Assembly: GCA_965202625.1 (NCBI GenBank)
Contig: CBDBBI010000010.1
Location: forward strand, 32,001 to 96,000
Length of the DNA stretch: 64,000 nt
Direction: 5' to 3'
From: a bacterium
Lineage (GTDB): Bacteria > UBA8248
The notes beneath the pieces are model-generated. The model saw only the letters and a list, made by a program, of their open reading frames with translations. It searched no databases and was not told the DNA's origin. The position numbers were made by a program, and so were the translations under genes. This document shows positions 1-9,268 of the stretch, piece by piece; the stretch's first letter is position 1, and each line of letters begins with the position of its first letter.

Positions 1-797
1 GGGGGGAGGGCATTTTGTGCCCTCTCTTTTTTCTCTGGATGCAGGAGTTTCCAGATCGCCTGCCGCATGATTCCCCGCATCACCCGCACCTCTCTCTCGT
101 CCGGGCCCAGCCTGTCGAGCATTCTCCGAAACGTCCGAGCCACACGATCCGGATCGTTGTGGGGGACGAAGCCTATCCGCGTCATGGATTCGAGCAGATG
201 ATCCACGAGCCCTTCGATTTCCTCGCGCGAGGCGGCCGCGTCCGCGCGTCTCGATCCCTCGCTCGCTTCTTGAGAGTGAAGGTTCGCCTGGTTTGCACTG
301 AAAAGCTCCCAAAGAACGATTAAAACGGCTTGAGAGAGATTGAACGATTCCCCATCGGGTAGGGCCGGAATGAACAGTCTCTCCTGGCACAAACTCAACT
401 CCTCGGTGAACAAGCCCTTATTCTCCTGTCCGAAGACCAGACCCACCCTTGTGGCGGACGCACGCCTCAGAAGAGCGTCTGCATCCTCGCGCGGGCGCAT
501 GGTGGGCTGCCGCTTTCTGCCCAATCGTCTTGACGTGCCCACCAGCCAGCCGCAATCGCGAGACGCCTCGCGCAGGCTGGCGAAATGCCGCGCTCGCGCC
601 AGCAGGGGCTGCGCGCTCATGGCCATCGCGCGGGCGTCCACGCTTTTGATGTCGCACCGGGGCGAGACGATGCGCAAGGTTGATACCCCGAAGTGCGACA
701 TGGCGCGTGCGACGGCGCCCACGTTGCGCGCACCCTGTGGGCGCACGAGGATGACGACGAAATCGACGTTTTTGTCCAGGGAAACCAGCGCGTCCAT
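1..797 (-). CDS. trmJ: TrmJ/LasT (SpoU) family tRNA/rRNA methyltransferase, 3' end runs off the window
   Basis: Absent from the ORF track (no stop in window). Manual translation gives MDALVSLDKNVDFVVILVRPQGARNVGAVARAMSHFG...LVFGQENKGL...SFNLSQAV, the SPOUT motifs. Confidence 0.85.
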   Translation of the reverse strand, partial: MDALVSLDKNVDFVVILVRPQGARNVGAVARAMSHFGVSTLRIVSPRCDIKSVDARAMAMSAQPLLARARHFASLREASRDCGWLVGTSRRLGRKRQPTMRPREDADALLRRASATRVGLVFGQENKGLFTEELSLCQERLFIPALPDGESFNLSQAVLIVLWELFSANQANLHSQEASEGSRRADAAASREEIEGLVDHLLESMTRIGFVPHNDPDRVARTFRRMLDRLGPDEREVRVMRGIMRQAIWKLLHPEKKERAQNALP

Positions 798-1071
798 AAG
801 ATTAAAATCAATAGGTCCTGAAAACGGGAGTCTCGCCGCTCTCTCGCGGAGGATGCGTTCTTGGCACCGCCAGGCGCTAGCGTACCTCTTCCCTCTCATA
901 GCACGAAGGGGAGTGGTTGTCATAAGCGAATCGGACGTTACGCCCCCGTTTTCTTGGCGCGGATTTTCTCGTCAAGGAAAAGGACGAAATATCTTTCTCG
1001 GAAGGAGGGACGCTTCCAAAAGGGGGGAGCGCGGTGTCATGTCCTTCATTTTAGCGTAATATGCGAACACT

Positions 1072-1524
1072 ATGGATTCTGCTGACATGACGCGAACATT
1101 CGAGCGTGGCAACCTGCACGATTTGGCCGCTTTGCTGGTTACGCCCGCCCGCTCGGGCGTATTGCTCACGCGGGTGCGCATTCGCGGCTTGGCGGGGGAG
1201 ATGGGCTTGCGCGCGGGCGTTCAGAGCCGAGCCAGAATGCTGGAGAATCTTTTTCGGGAGGCGGGCGCGGAGGGGCGGATAGGAGAGCTACTCGGGCGGA
1301 TAGATGAAATCGCGAAGCGCAGCCTCGCCGACTATCGAGCGTGGGCGCGCGCGTGTCCGCCTTCTAGGGGCGCGTGGCGCGATTGGGCGCGCAAGGCACG
1401 CAGGCTCAGGCGCCACCTCGCGCAAGCCCAGAAGTGGTCGCGCGCCATCATGCGCGAGGAGTTTTCAGGGGCGGCGCATGAGTCTGTCGCGGGCGCGAAG
1501 GGAGAAAAGCCGGATGGGGGATGA
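1072..1524 (+). CDS. hypothetical protein
   Basis: 150 aa, helical-looking ORF filling the gap between trmJ and the TorD gene. Confidence 0.6.
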   Translation: MDSADMTRTFERGNLHDLAALLVTPARSGVLLTRVRIRGLAGEMGLRAGVQSRARMLENLFREAGAEGRIGELLGRIDEIAKRSLADYRAWARACPPSRGAWRDWARKARRLRRHLAQAQKWSRAIMREEFSGAAHESVAGAKGEKPDGG

Positions 1525-1555
1525 CGGGGAGGCGCAAGCGCCGTCCACCCCCGGC

Positions 1556-2194
1556 CTAAAGCGCGCTGGCGACGTATTTTCTGTCCGAGAAGGCGAATTC
1601 GCGTATCCATCTGGTGAGTTCTCGATACAGGCGCGTTTGTGCGTCCTCCTCCGCGCTTGACGTATAAATGGGAATCCATCGCATGAGGTGCTCGTCCATG
1701 AACCGCGCGCTCAGGGAGAGTTTCTCCCGCGCGAGATCGGGCCGACCCTGGCTCCAGGCATCGGCCTCCTCAGCGGCGAGTTGGGCGAGGAATTCGAGCT
1801 CCACACTCAAATGGTCCATTGCTAGGACGCTCGGGTGCGCCAGGCCCCCGCTTCCGCGCCCGGGGTTGTAGCCGCACGCCCGATAGAAGTCGGCGACCGC
1901 ATCGGCCGCCTTCGAGTTCAGATGCCCGCTTTCGTCCACTAGGGCGGCTTCGTAGGGAGGGGAGGAGAGGAGAAATAGCTCCGTGAAATCCACCCTGAGC
2001 TTTCTGAGGGATTCTTCGGTATTGGCGAATTTTTCGGGAAACAGAAACGGATAGTTTTCTTGCAAGAATCCGGCGAGTTCGGCGTCCATCGGTTCGAGCA
2101 TCGCCTGTGCCTGCACCCGGTAGAGCTGGGCGCGAAGCCTTGCGCGTTCGGCGTATTCGGCGTTTGACGCGTGGCGCTTTCGGGAGAGACTCAT
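1556..2194 (-). CDS. TorD/DmsD family molybdoenzyme chaperone
   Basis: PPYE and DHLSVELEFL motifs, FMDEHLMRWIP; ATG at 2194 overlaps the upstream stop (ATGA). Confidence 0.9.
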   Translation of the reverse strand: MSLSRKRHASNAEYAERARLRAQLYRVQAQAMLEPMDAELAGFLQENYPFLFPEKFANTEESLRKLRVDFTELFLLSSPPYEAALVDESGHLNSKAADAVADFYRACGYNPGRGSGGLAHPSVLAMDHLSVELEFLAQLAAEEADAWSQGRPDLAREKLSLSARFMDEHLMRWIPIYTSSAEEDAQTRLYRELTRWIREFAFSDRKYVASAL

Positions 2195-5064
2195 TCTGGA
2201 ATGGTGTAGGCCTCGACCTGGGGTTTGTTCGGTCTCGCGAACCACAGCGGGCGTCGGAGCCCCTCGGGCCCGGGGGCGGGCTTCGTCATCTCGAGCCATT
2301 TCTTATAGTGTGCAAAGCTTTTTTTTGTGTCCACACTGATGTCCCCGTAGCGATCCGAGTCTCCCGCCTTCGTGACTCTTACCTTCTGGTGCCAGCAGTG
2401 CATTCCGCTCACCGGGTCGGGATTGACGGGGAAGGTGAGGTTTTGGTTCACGCCCACCTCGCGCCACCAGATGCGCTCCGTATCGGGATCATCACTGCTG
2501 AAGGGCTGGACGCCGTGAACTTGGCGCATGGCGTATTCCCCCTCGCCCTTCTCTTCCAGGCGGACGACGGCCGAGGCGATTTTAGGCGCGCCTTGCTCCT
2601 CACTCAGGCGCCAGCGCCCGAGGTGATGTGCCATGGCGACGATACCAGGCCGTAAGCCCTCCGTCACCCAACATCTTGTGACGAAACGCCCTATCTCGGT
2701 CTCTACCCTTGCGAGGTCACCCGTGCGCAGCCCGAGGCGCCTGGCGTCGTCGGTGTGCACCCAAAGGGGGTTGTTGTGGGTGATTTCATAAAGCCACTTC
2801 ACCGCCGAGCGCGTGTGGATGAGGGTGGCTAGGCGATAGTTCGGTAGCAGGTCGAATTCGTTGTTCTCCTTTGCCATGTCGCGCCAATAGACGTGGGTTT
2901 TCATGTATTTGGGTATCGTCTCGTCGCCCCAGTTCCAGTCCGCCATGGTCGGGCTGTAGAATTCGAGTTTCTTTGAGGGGGTGGCGAAGCCGACCCGTGG
3001 CCGGCCACGGCTCATGTTGCCGATGACGGTGCCGTCCTTTCGGATGGATCCTGCGGCGTCCACTTCGGCGTCGCGCATCGTCTCATCGGAGAGCTCCTCC
3101 ATGTGCGGCTCATATATGTTCTCCTGCACCGTGAATACGCCGTATTTCCGCATGTATTCCAGAGGCGCCAGCCCTTCCTTTCGCGCGGCTTCTGGAAGCC
3201 CCGGAACGCCGTTCTCGAACATCCACTGATAGTATTCGTTCACTGTGATTTTCTCGCCCGGCCTGTAGGGGCTCTCGAAATACCGCCTGATGCCGAGGGC
3301 GCCGTCTGGGTCTATCCGCCAGGAGAGTTCAATGTGGAGTTCGTCCTCCTCCCACACTTCCCCCGGATTCGCCTCGCGCGAATTTTCAAACGTTTCGCCC
3401 ATCTTCTCGCGCAGCACTCTCAGGACGGGCTGGCGAAAACCCACCCATTTCGTGGGATGCGTCTCCTGGCTTTGGTTGTCGTGTCGCTCCGTCGCGTTGC
3501 CCATAGGCAGAATGTAGTCGGCAAACCACGCCGTCTCGCTCCAGGTGGGGGTGAGCGCCACGTGACAGCCTATTTGCTCGTGGTTCTTCAGCATGTCTAC
3601 CCACATGAAGCCGTCTGGATTCGTCCACACCGGGTTATAGGCCCGCGTAAAATAGACGTCGACGCTGTGCCCCTTGTCCTTGATGAGATGGGGCATCAAG
3701 AAACTCATCTCGAAGAAGGCGAGGGGGTATTCCCTCGGAAAGAGGAGCTCGTTCCACTCCTTGGGCCCTGGAGCGGGGTTGGGGTGCTGGGGCACGAATT
3801 TGTGCGCGCTCGCCAGATGCGTGCCGCCCACGGCACCCACGGCGCCCGTCAGCGACGGCAGGAAGTGCAGACAGCGCGCCACCTGCCAGCCGTGGAGATT
3901 TCCGGTGGCGGCCGCGCGCCAGACATGGACGCAAAGACGGCTTCCGGCGCGGGCGACGACCTGCGCGACTTCCGCGATGAGGTCGGCGGAAACGCCCGTC
4001 TCCTCCGCCGCGTACGCGAATGTGAACTCCGCGTATTCTTCCTTCAGGCTAGCGATGAAATTGTCAAAACGCGCCTCCTCGCCCGGATGAGCGGCCTCCA
4101 TGTATTCTGCCCAGTTCATCCATTCGCTGACGAACTGCGCGTCAAACTGCCCGGTGTCCAGCAGGTAGCGCGCGATGGCGAGCAGAATTGCGCTCTCCGT
4201 TCCACTGTAGGCAGGCAGCCAGTAGTCTGCTTTCGCCGCCGTGTTGGAGAGTCTGGGATCTATCACGATGAGCTTCGCCCCGCTCGTCTGCGCCTCAATG
4301 ATCCGCTGGGCGGATGGATTGTAGTAATGGCCCGTGTCCAGGTGGCTGCTGATCAGCAAGATGGCGTCGGCGTTGGTGAAGTCGGGCGAAGGTCTGTCCG
4401 ATCCGTTCCACAGGAACTGTCCGATGCGGGCGGATGAGCTGCAAACGTTGGTGTGGCTGTTGTGGCCGTCCACGCCCCAGCCGGCGAGGGTCCGGAACAT
4501 GTAGCCGTCCTCGCCCGGCCGCCCCACGTGATAGATGACGCCGTTGCGCCGCCCTGCCTGAATGGCCTTCCGAATACGTTCGGCGATGTCGTCGAGCGCC
4601 TCATCCCAGCTCACGCGCTCCCATTTGCCCTCGCCGCGCTCGCCCACACGCTTGAGGGGATGGAAGATGCGGTCGGGGTCATATACCTGGTTGAGCGTCA
4701 CCCATCCCTTCGCGCAGTTGCGCCCGCGCGAGGCGGGGTGGAGTGGGTTTCCCTCGATTTTCCTGATCTTCATGTCGTCCTTGTCAACGTAGGCTAAAAG
4801 CCCGCAACCCGCCTCGCAGTTGAAGCAAAGGGTAGGAACCAGGGCGTAGTTTCTCGCTACTTTCTGCGGCCATTTCGCGCTCTCGTATTCCGTCCAGTCG
4901 TCCCACTTTTCCGGACTCGGGTAGGAGGCGAGCGCCCCGTCCATGTTCGTATAGTTCAGCTGGCCCGCAGGGGCCGCCGGCGGCGCCTTGGCCAGAAGGT
5001 CGGGACGACCTAGGGAGGCGACGTCGCGCGCCCCCTTGCCGACCTGGAGGTGGGTTATGCTCAT
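2191..5064 (-). CDS. Mo/W-bisPGD oxidoreductase catalytic subunit (DMSO reductase family, Psr/Phs-like Cys ligand region)
   Basis: FS0 motif CFNCEAGC...NCAKG, PLKRVGERGEGKWERVSWDEAL, SHTNVCSS, C-terminal MopB domain; no twin-arginine leader. Confidence 0.92.
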   Translation of the reverse strand: MSITHLQVGKGARDVASLGRPDLLAKAPPAAPAGQLNYTNMDGALASYPSPEKWDDWTEYESAKWPQKVARNYALVPTLCFNCEAGCGLLAYVDKDDMKIRKIEGNPLHPASRGRNCAKGWVTLNQVYDPDRIFHPLKRVGERGEGKWERVSWDEALDDIAERIRKAIQAGRRNGVIYHVGRPGEDGYMFRTLAGWGVDGHNSHTNVCSSSARIGQFLWNGSDRPSPDFTNADAILLISSHLDTGHYYNPSAQRIIEAQTSGAKLIVIDPRLSNTAAKADYWLPAYSGTESAILLAIARYLLDTGQFDAQFVSEWMNWAEYMEAAHPGEEARFDNFIASLKEEYAEFTFAYAAEETGVSADLIAEVAQVVARAGSRLCVHVWRAAATGNLHGWQVARCLHFLPSLTGAVGAVGGTHLASAHKFVPQHPNPAPGPKEWNELLFPREYPLAFFEMSFLMPHLIKDKGHSVDVYFTRAYNPVWTNPDGFMWVDMLKNHEQIGCHVALTPTWSETAWFADYILPMGNATERHDNQSQETHPTKWVGFRQPVLRVLREKMGETFENSREANPGEVWEEDELHIELSWRIDPDGALGIRRYFESPYRPGEKITVNEYYQWMFENGVPGLPEAARKEGLAPLEYMRKYGVFTVQENIYEPHMEELSDETMRDAEVDAAGSIRKDGTVIGNMSRGRPRVGFATPSKKLEFYSPTMADWNWGDETIPKYMKTHVYWRDMAKENNEFDLLPNYRLATLIHTRSAVKWLYEITHNNPLWVHTDDARRLGLRTGDLARVETEIGRFVTRCWVTEGLRPGIVAMAHHLGRWRLSEEQGAPKIASAVVRLEEKGEGEYAMRQVHGVQPFSSDDPDTERIWWREVGVNQNLTFPVNPDPVSGMHCWHQKVRVTKAGDSDRYGDISVDTKKSFAHYKKWLEMTKPAPGPEGLRRPLWFARPNKPQVEAYTIPE

Positions 5065-5082
5065 ACGCTTGAAACTCCTGAA

Positions 5083-6603
5083 TTACGAAAGAGGGACGGC
5101 CTGTCCGGCCTTGACCCATATTTTGTCCCAAAGGCAGGCGCCCGTCATGGCTATGACGCCGGCCAGCATCGCGCTGTATCCTCCAAAGCCCCACACCCAA
5201 AGAACGAAGAGAGGAATGAGACATCCTACGACGATCGCCCCGCCCCAGAAATCGTTCTTGAAAGCACCGCTTGTCAGCAGGTGAATCGCCCGTTCATGCG
5301 CGACCGATCCGAAACGATGCGCCAAGGTCGAGAACGCGAGAATGAGCAGGTGCAGAAAAATGAGTATGACGAGCAGCGCGCCCAGAATGTCCAGAACCGC
5401 TTCCTGCTCTTCAATGGGAAAGAGCGTTGCGAAAAGGAGCATGACGGCGACGCCTTTGAGGCCCGACTGCACGCCGATGTCGAGAGTGTTCTCGCTCCCT
5501 TTCCACAGGTCGCGCGCCGACGCCTGGGCGAAGAAAAAGCCGGTGTAGAGCGACGCGAGCGCGCCCGTGACGATGGTGGGCCACAGGATGACGTCCATGA
5601 AGCCCGTCGTGCCCACCATCGCGCCTACTACCCAGAGAAAGGTGAGGAGTCCGTCCAGGGCGATGAACCATGTCCCCCACGCCATCCAGCTGCCCCAGTT
5701 CGAGCGGAGCATGATGTAGTAGAATCGCTCGGGCCGCTTCAGGTCGGTGATGAGAAGTCCCCCCGTGATGGCCAGGAGTATTCCGCTCAGGGCGGGCATC
5801 CAGAAGGAGATCAGCCAGCTTTTGAAGCCGAACGCCCAGAGAAAGAGGCTGATGAGCAAGAGGCCCGTGCTCACTCCCTTGGTCATCAGGTAGGTGATGA
5901 TTTTCGAGTCCCAGGGAATCTCGTGGAAAGTGTCGTATACGGTGCGGCTCTCCCCCGGTTTGTTCTCCCACTCAGGCACGACGTCCTCTTTCGTCACGTC
6001 CATCTCGCCTTGTTTGTAGATGCCCGACTGCCCCGCCTCTGTGGGGTCCAGAAGCTGGCGGCTACCCTCCAGATAATAGATGTTGGGCGAGGTGTTGTAT
6101 TCAGGCTTTCGCACGTGGAAGGGGTGTTGGGTGGTGAGTCGGATAATTTTGGAGTTCGCATCCTCGATGTCGCCGAACACGCGGCACTGTGTGGGGCAGA
6201 CCACTACGCAGGCGGGCTCGAGTCCTACTTCAAGGCGATTCGCGCAGAAATTGCACTTCTCGGCGGTCATCGTGTTGGGGTCGATGAAGAGCTGATCGTA
6301 GGGGCAGGCCGCGATGCAGGATTTGCACCCGATGCACCAGTCCGCGTCGAGGTCCACGATGCCGTCGCTGCGCCTGAAAAGCGCCTTCGTCGGGCAAATG
6401 TTCTGGCACGGGGCGTCGTCGCACTGGTTGCACAGGACGGGCAGAAATTCTCGCTTCGTGTTTGGAAAGGCGCCTTTCTCCACTTCTTTCACCCAGCATC
6501 GCCAAACGCCGATGGGGATGTCGTGTTCCGATTTGCACGCGATTGTGCAAGCATGGCATCCGATGCAGGATTCGAGGTCAATTGCCATGGCGTATTTGGG
6601 CAT
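5083..6603 (-). CDS. fused 4Fe-4S (PsrB/DmsB-like) plus NrfD/PsrC membrane anchor
   Basis: CIGCHAC, CNQCDDAPC, CIGCKSC..CP and CNFC motifs, then about 8 TM helices with DLKRPERF and SWMAWG. Confidence 0.92.
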   Translation of the reverse strand: MPKYAMAIDLESCIGCHACTIACKSEHDIPIGVWRCWVKEVEKGAFPNTKREFLPVLCNQCDDAPCQNICPTKALFRRSDGIVDLDADWCIGCKSCIAACPYDQLFIDPNTMTAEKCNFCANRLEVGLEPACVVVCPTQCRVFGDIEDANSKIIRLTTQHPFHVRKPEYNTSPNIYYLEGSRQLLDPTEAGQSGIYKQGEMDVTKEDVVPEWENKPGESRTVYDTFHEIPWDSKIITYLMTKGVSTGLLLISLFLWAFGFKSWLISFWMPALSGILLAITGGLLITDLKRPERFYYIMLRSNWGSWMAWGTWFIALDGLLTFLWVVGAMVGTTGFMDVILWPTIVTGALASLYTGFFFAQASARDLWKGSENTLDIGVQSGLKGVAVMLLFATLFPIEEQEAVLDILGALLVILIFLHLLILAFSTLAHRFGSVAHERAIHLLTSGAFKNDFWGGAIVVGCLIPLFVLWVWGFGGYSAMLAGVIAMTGACLWDKIWVKAGQAVPLS

Positions 6604-6763
6604 GAAAAATCCTCAACTGTGATGAAGCGTGTCTCTCATAGGGTGATTTTAACAGTTCATTACTATCGCTTTGCGGCGCGCGTGTCAATTCAGGCGGGGC
6701 GCCTTGGGTTTTCACGTTCTCGCGTGGTCCGAACGTTTCAGGAAGCCGGAGGAGAGGTGAGGG

Positions 6764-7339
6764 TTGGCGAAGCCTAAGAAAATGGGACTCGCGCGCCTGG
6801 CGCAGAGCCTCACGCTCATGCGTATGCTAGCGACTCCTGCGTTCTTGTGGGTTTTTCTTCGCCTCGAGTTCTCTCCTGATCTCGCGTGGCGCATTGCGCT
6901 TCTAGCCATTTACGCAGGCGCCGTCCTGAGTGACCTTCTAGATGGGCCGCTGGCGCGGCGTGCCAGCACTAGAAGCTACTTCTGGGGGCAGATGGATGTG
7001 CTCGCCGACGTCGCCTTCAACGGGGCCGTTCTCTCCGCCGCCGTTTGGGTGGGGCGCGTTGGATTCTGGGTGCCCTTGAGCTTGGCGGCCCTGGGTGCGA
7101 ACTTCTTGTGGCGCTGTCGGCGCTACGCGGGGCGCTCGGGCGATTCGTTGCCCGAGGACAGCGCGGGCAAGTGGGCGGGCGTTTTTTTTTACGTTCTGGT
7201 GGGCGCAGTCGTTCTTGATGCGAGCTTTCCCGCCGCCTGGCTGAGCGTCGTCGTCTACTGGTTGAGCCGCGTCGCTTTTCTCTACGCCCTGTGGCTGCTT
7301 TTTAGAGACTGGTTCCCTCCTCGCCGCCGCTTCGGCTAG
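6764..7339 (+). CDS. CDP-alcohol phosphatidyltransferase family protein
   Basis: SDLLDGPLARR...WGQMDVLAD signature; start may be 6782. Confidence 0.85.
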   Translation: MAKPKKMGLARLAQSLTLMRMLATPAFLWVFLRLEFSPDLAWRIALLAIYAGAVLSDLLDGPLARRASTRSYFWGQMDVLADVAFNGAVLSAAVWVGRVGFWVPLSLAALGANFLWRCRRYAGRSGDSLPEDSAGKWAGVFFYVLVGAVVLDASFPAAWLSVVVYWLSRVAFLYALWLLFRDWFPPRRRFG

Positions 7340-8291
7340 CGCGTTGGCGACCGAACAAATCCGCATACGCCTTTGGCATGAACAACACGCCAATCGTTCC
7401 GTTCGCCAACATGAAGGTCAAATGGGAGACGAGGCTGTAGGCGAGCAGATCCGCTTCTTGGGCATAGTCCTTAAAAAAGAATATCCAAGCGGCCTGGGAG
7501 GTGCCTAGGTGCGCCACCGTCACCGGGAGGGCGCCTATCATGAAAACGAGGGGAAGAAACGTTAGAAGCTGCAGCGACGGTATGTTTACTCCGAAGAGCG
7601 TCAGAGCGTATTTGTGCACGAGAAGGGAGAGCAGAAAAACGGCGCCTTTCAGCGCGAGGATCAAAAGACCGTCTTTTAGGCGGATGGTCTTGAACGTGCC
7701 GAGCAGGGTGTGGTTTCCGATCTTTTTGCCGATGGCGCCCAGCCCGCCGCGCGCCGCCCGGGTGATGAGAATCCAGAAACAGCCAAGCCCTAGTGGCAGA
7801 ATGACGAGGACGGGAGGCGCGCCTCCCGGAAAGGCGATGGCGCCGATGGTGGAGAACGAGACGAGGTTCGTGACTTCCAGGAGAATGAGGGTGGCGACCG
7901 TGCCGGTGATCTCGGCGAGCGGGGTTTGAAACCTTCGATGGAAATACAGGGCGAGCGCCACTTGGGCCAACTGGGTGTTAATGATGGAGACGACGTAGGT
8001 GACGGCGCGCACAGGCAGCAGCGTCCGAAAAGTGAGCGGGCCGTGGAACCACCGAACCATCTTGCTCAGGACGAACGTGTCCATCAGAAAAAAACAGATC
8101 GAGAAAGACGCCATCACCGCGAGGAAGGGGAGGAGCCTCGCCTTCGAGATGGCGAGGGCGAACTCGTGGAAGGGGATGCGCCAGAAGATGACGAAGAATA
8201 TCCCGATGGTCAAAACGACCGGGATGATTCGCCTTGTCTTGCTTTGCCGATGCGTGACCTGGTTTTTCTCCAAAGCGGGTCTCCCCTTCAT
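7302..8291 (-). CDS. lysylphosphatidylglycerol synthase TM-domain (flippase-like) protein
   Basis: multi-TM protein with LPVTVAHLGTSQAAW motif. Confidence 0.75.
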   Translation of the reverse strand: MKGRPALEKNQVTHRQSKTRRIIPVVLTIGIFFVIFWRIPFHEFALAISKARLLPFLAVMASFSICFFLMDTFVLSKMVRWFHGPLTFRTLLPVRAVTYVVSIINTQLAQVALALYFHRRFQTPLAEITGTVATLILLEVTNLVSFSTIGAIAFPGGAPPVLVILPLGLGCFWILITRAARGGLGAIGKKIGNHTLLGTFKTIRLKDGLLILALKGAVFLLSLLVHKYALTLFGVNIPSLQLLTFLPLVFMIGALPVTVAHLGTSQAAWIFFFKDYAQEADLLAYSLVSHLTFMLANGTIGVLFMPKAYADLFGRQRASRSGGEEGTSL

Positions 8292-9214
8292 CCGTGATGC
8301 GGCAGCGAGAGGCGCAGCGCCTCCTCAATGCCGGTGCGCGGAATAGACATGACGCTTCTCGCTTCATCGTCGTGGAGATGCTCGTAGAAAACGACGTCGA
8401 ACGCGGCGCGTCCCAGAGGGGAGGAGGGAGGAGAGAGCCAGCCGAGGAAGGTGGATACGGCCCGACCCAGACCTCTGGGAATCGTCAGGATTCTGGGCCG
8501 CTTTCCGAGTTGGCCTCCGGCGCGCCTTAGGAGTTCGGAATAGGGGAGGGTGTCCGGCCCGGTGAGGTTCATGGTTCTCAGCGGCGTATCGGGATGAAGG
8601 AGAGCCCATTCTATCGCGCACAGGACGTCGCCCTCGTATATCGGCTGAACGCAAACCGCTCCCCCTCCCACAAGGGGGATGACTGCGGAGCGCAGCATTT
8701 TTTTCATCTGGTTGATTGCTGGAGCGTCGGGCCCCAGTATCATGGGAACGCGCAGGATGGCCCCGCATGGAAAATTCTTTCGAATCACTTCCTCCGCCTG
8801 TCCTTTCGTTTGCAAATACGTGTTTTTTGACTTGGGGTCGGCGTCCGGAAAGCTCAAATACACGAACGACCTGGCACCGCCGGCGCGACTCGCCTCCACG
8901 ACGTTTTTTGTGGTGAGCAGGTTGGCCTGAACGAGCGAGTCGCCGGCCCTCGGAACCAGAGAACCCGCCAGGTGCGCCACGCGGTCCACGCCGTTTAGGG
9001 CGCCTGCGAGGCTTTTGGGGTCGGCGTAGTTCACCTCGATTATCTCGGCGTGGGTGCTGCGCAGGCTCTCGCCTCGCGCGATGTCGCGCACGAGCGCCCT
9101 AACGCGCGCGTGCGCAAGGGGCGAGTCCGCGCCGAGACGTTCAAGGAGTGCTTTGCCGACGGCGCCGTTCGCACCAGTGATGGCGATGTCGATGGTCTTC
9201 TCCCCTGAGGCCAC
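8288..9214 (-). CDS. NAD-dependent epimerase / atypical SDR (NDUFA9-like)
   Basis: ITGANGAVG, YLQTKGQAE, VQPIYEGDV. Confidence 0.85.
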   Translation of the reverse strand: MASGEKTIDIAITGANGAVGKALLERLGADSPLAHARVRALVRDIARGESLRSTHAEIIEVNYADPKSLAGALNGVDRVAHLAGSLVPRAGDSLVQANLLTTKNVVEASRAGGARSFVYLSFPDADPKSKNTYLQTKGQAEEVIRKNFPCGAILRVPMILGPDAPAINQMKKMLRSAVIPLVGGGAVCVQPIYEGDVLCAIEWALLHPDTPLRTMNLTGPDTLPYSELLRRAGGQLGKRPRILTIPRGLGRAVSTFLGWLSPPSSPLGRAAFDVVFYEHLHDDEARSVMSIPRTGIEEALRLSLPHHG

Positions 9215-9268
9215 AAGCCGAGGGAAAAACCGCCCTGGGTCCGGAGCCTCGTTTCTAGCGCTCCTAGG

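Noticed and set aside
15-1059. Plus-strand ORFs of 102 and 239 aa
   Set aside because: They are antisense shadows of the trmJ-like gene.
3103-6777. Long plus-strand ORFs (444 and 575 aa)
   Set aside because: Antisense shadows of the Mo operon, typical of high-GC DNA, with no recognisable motifs.
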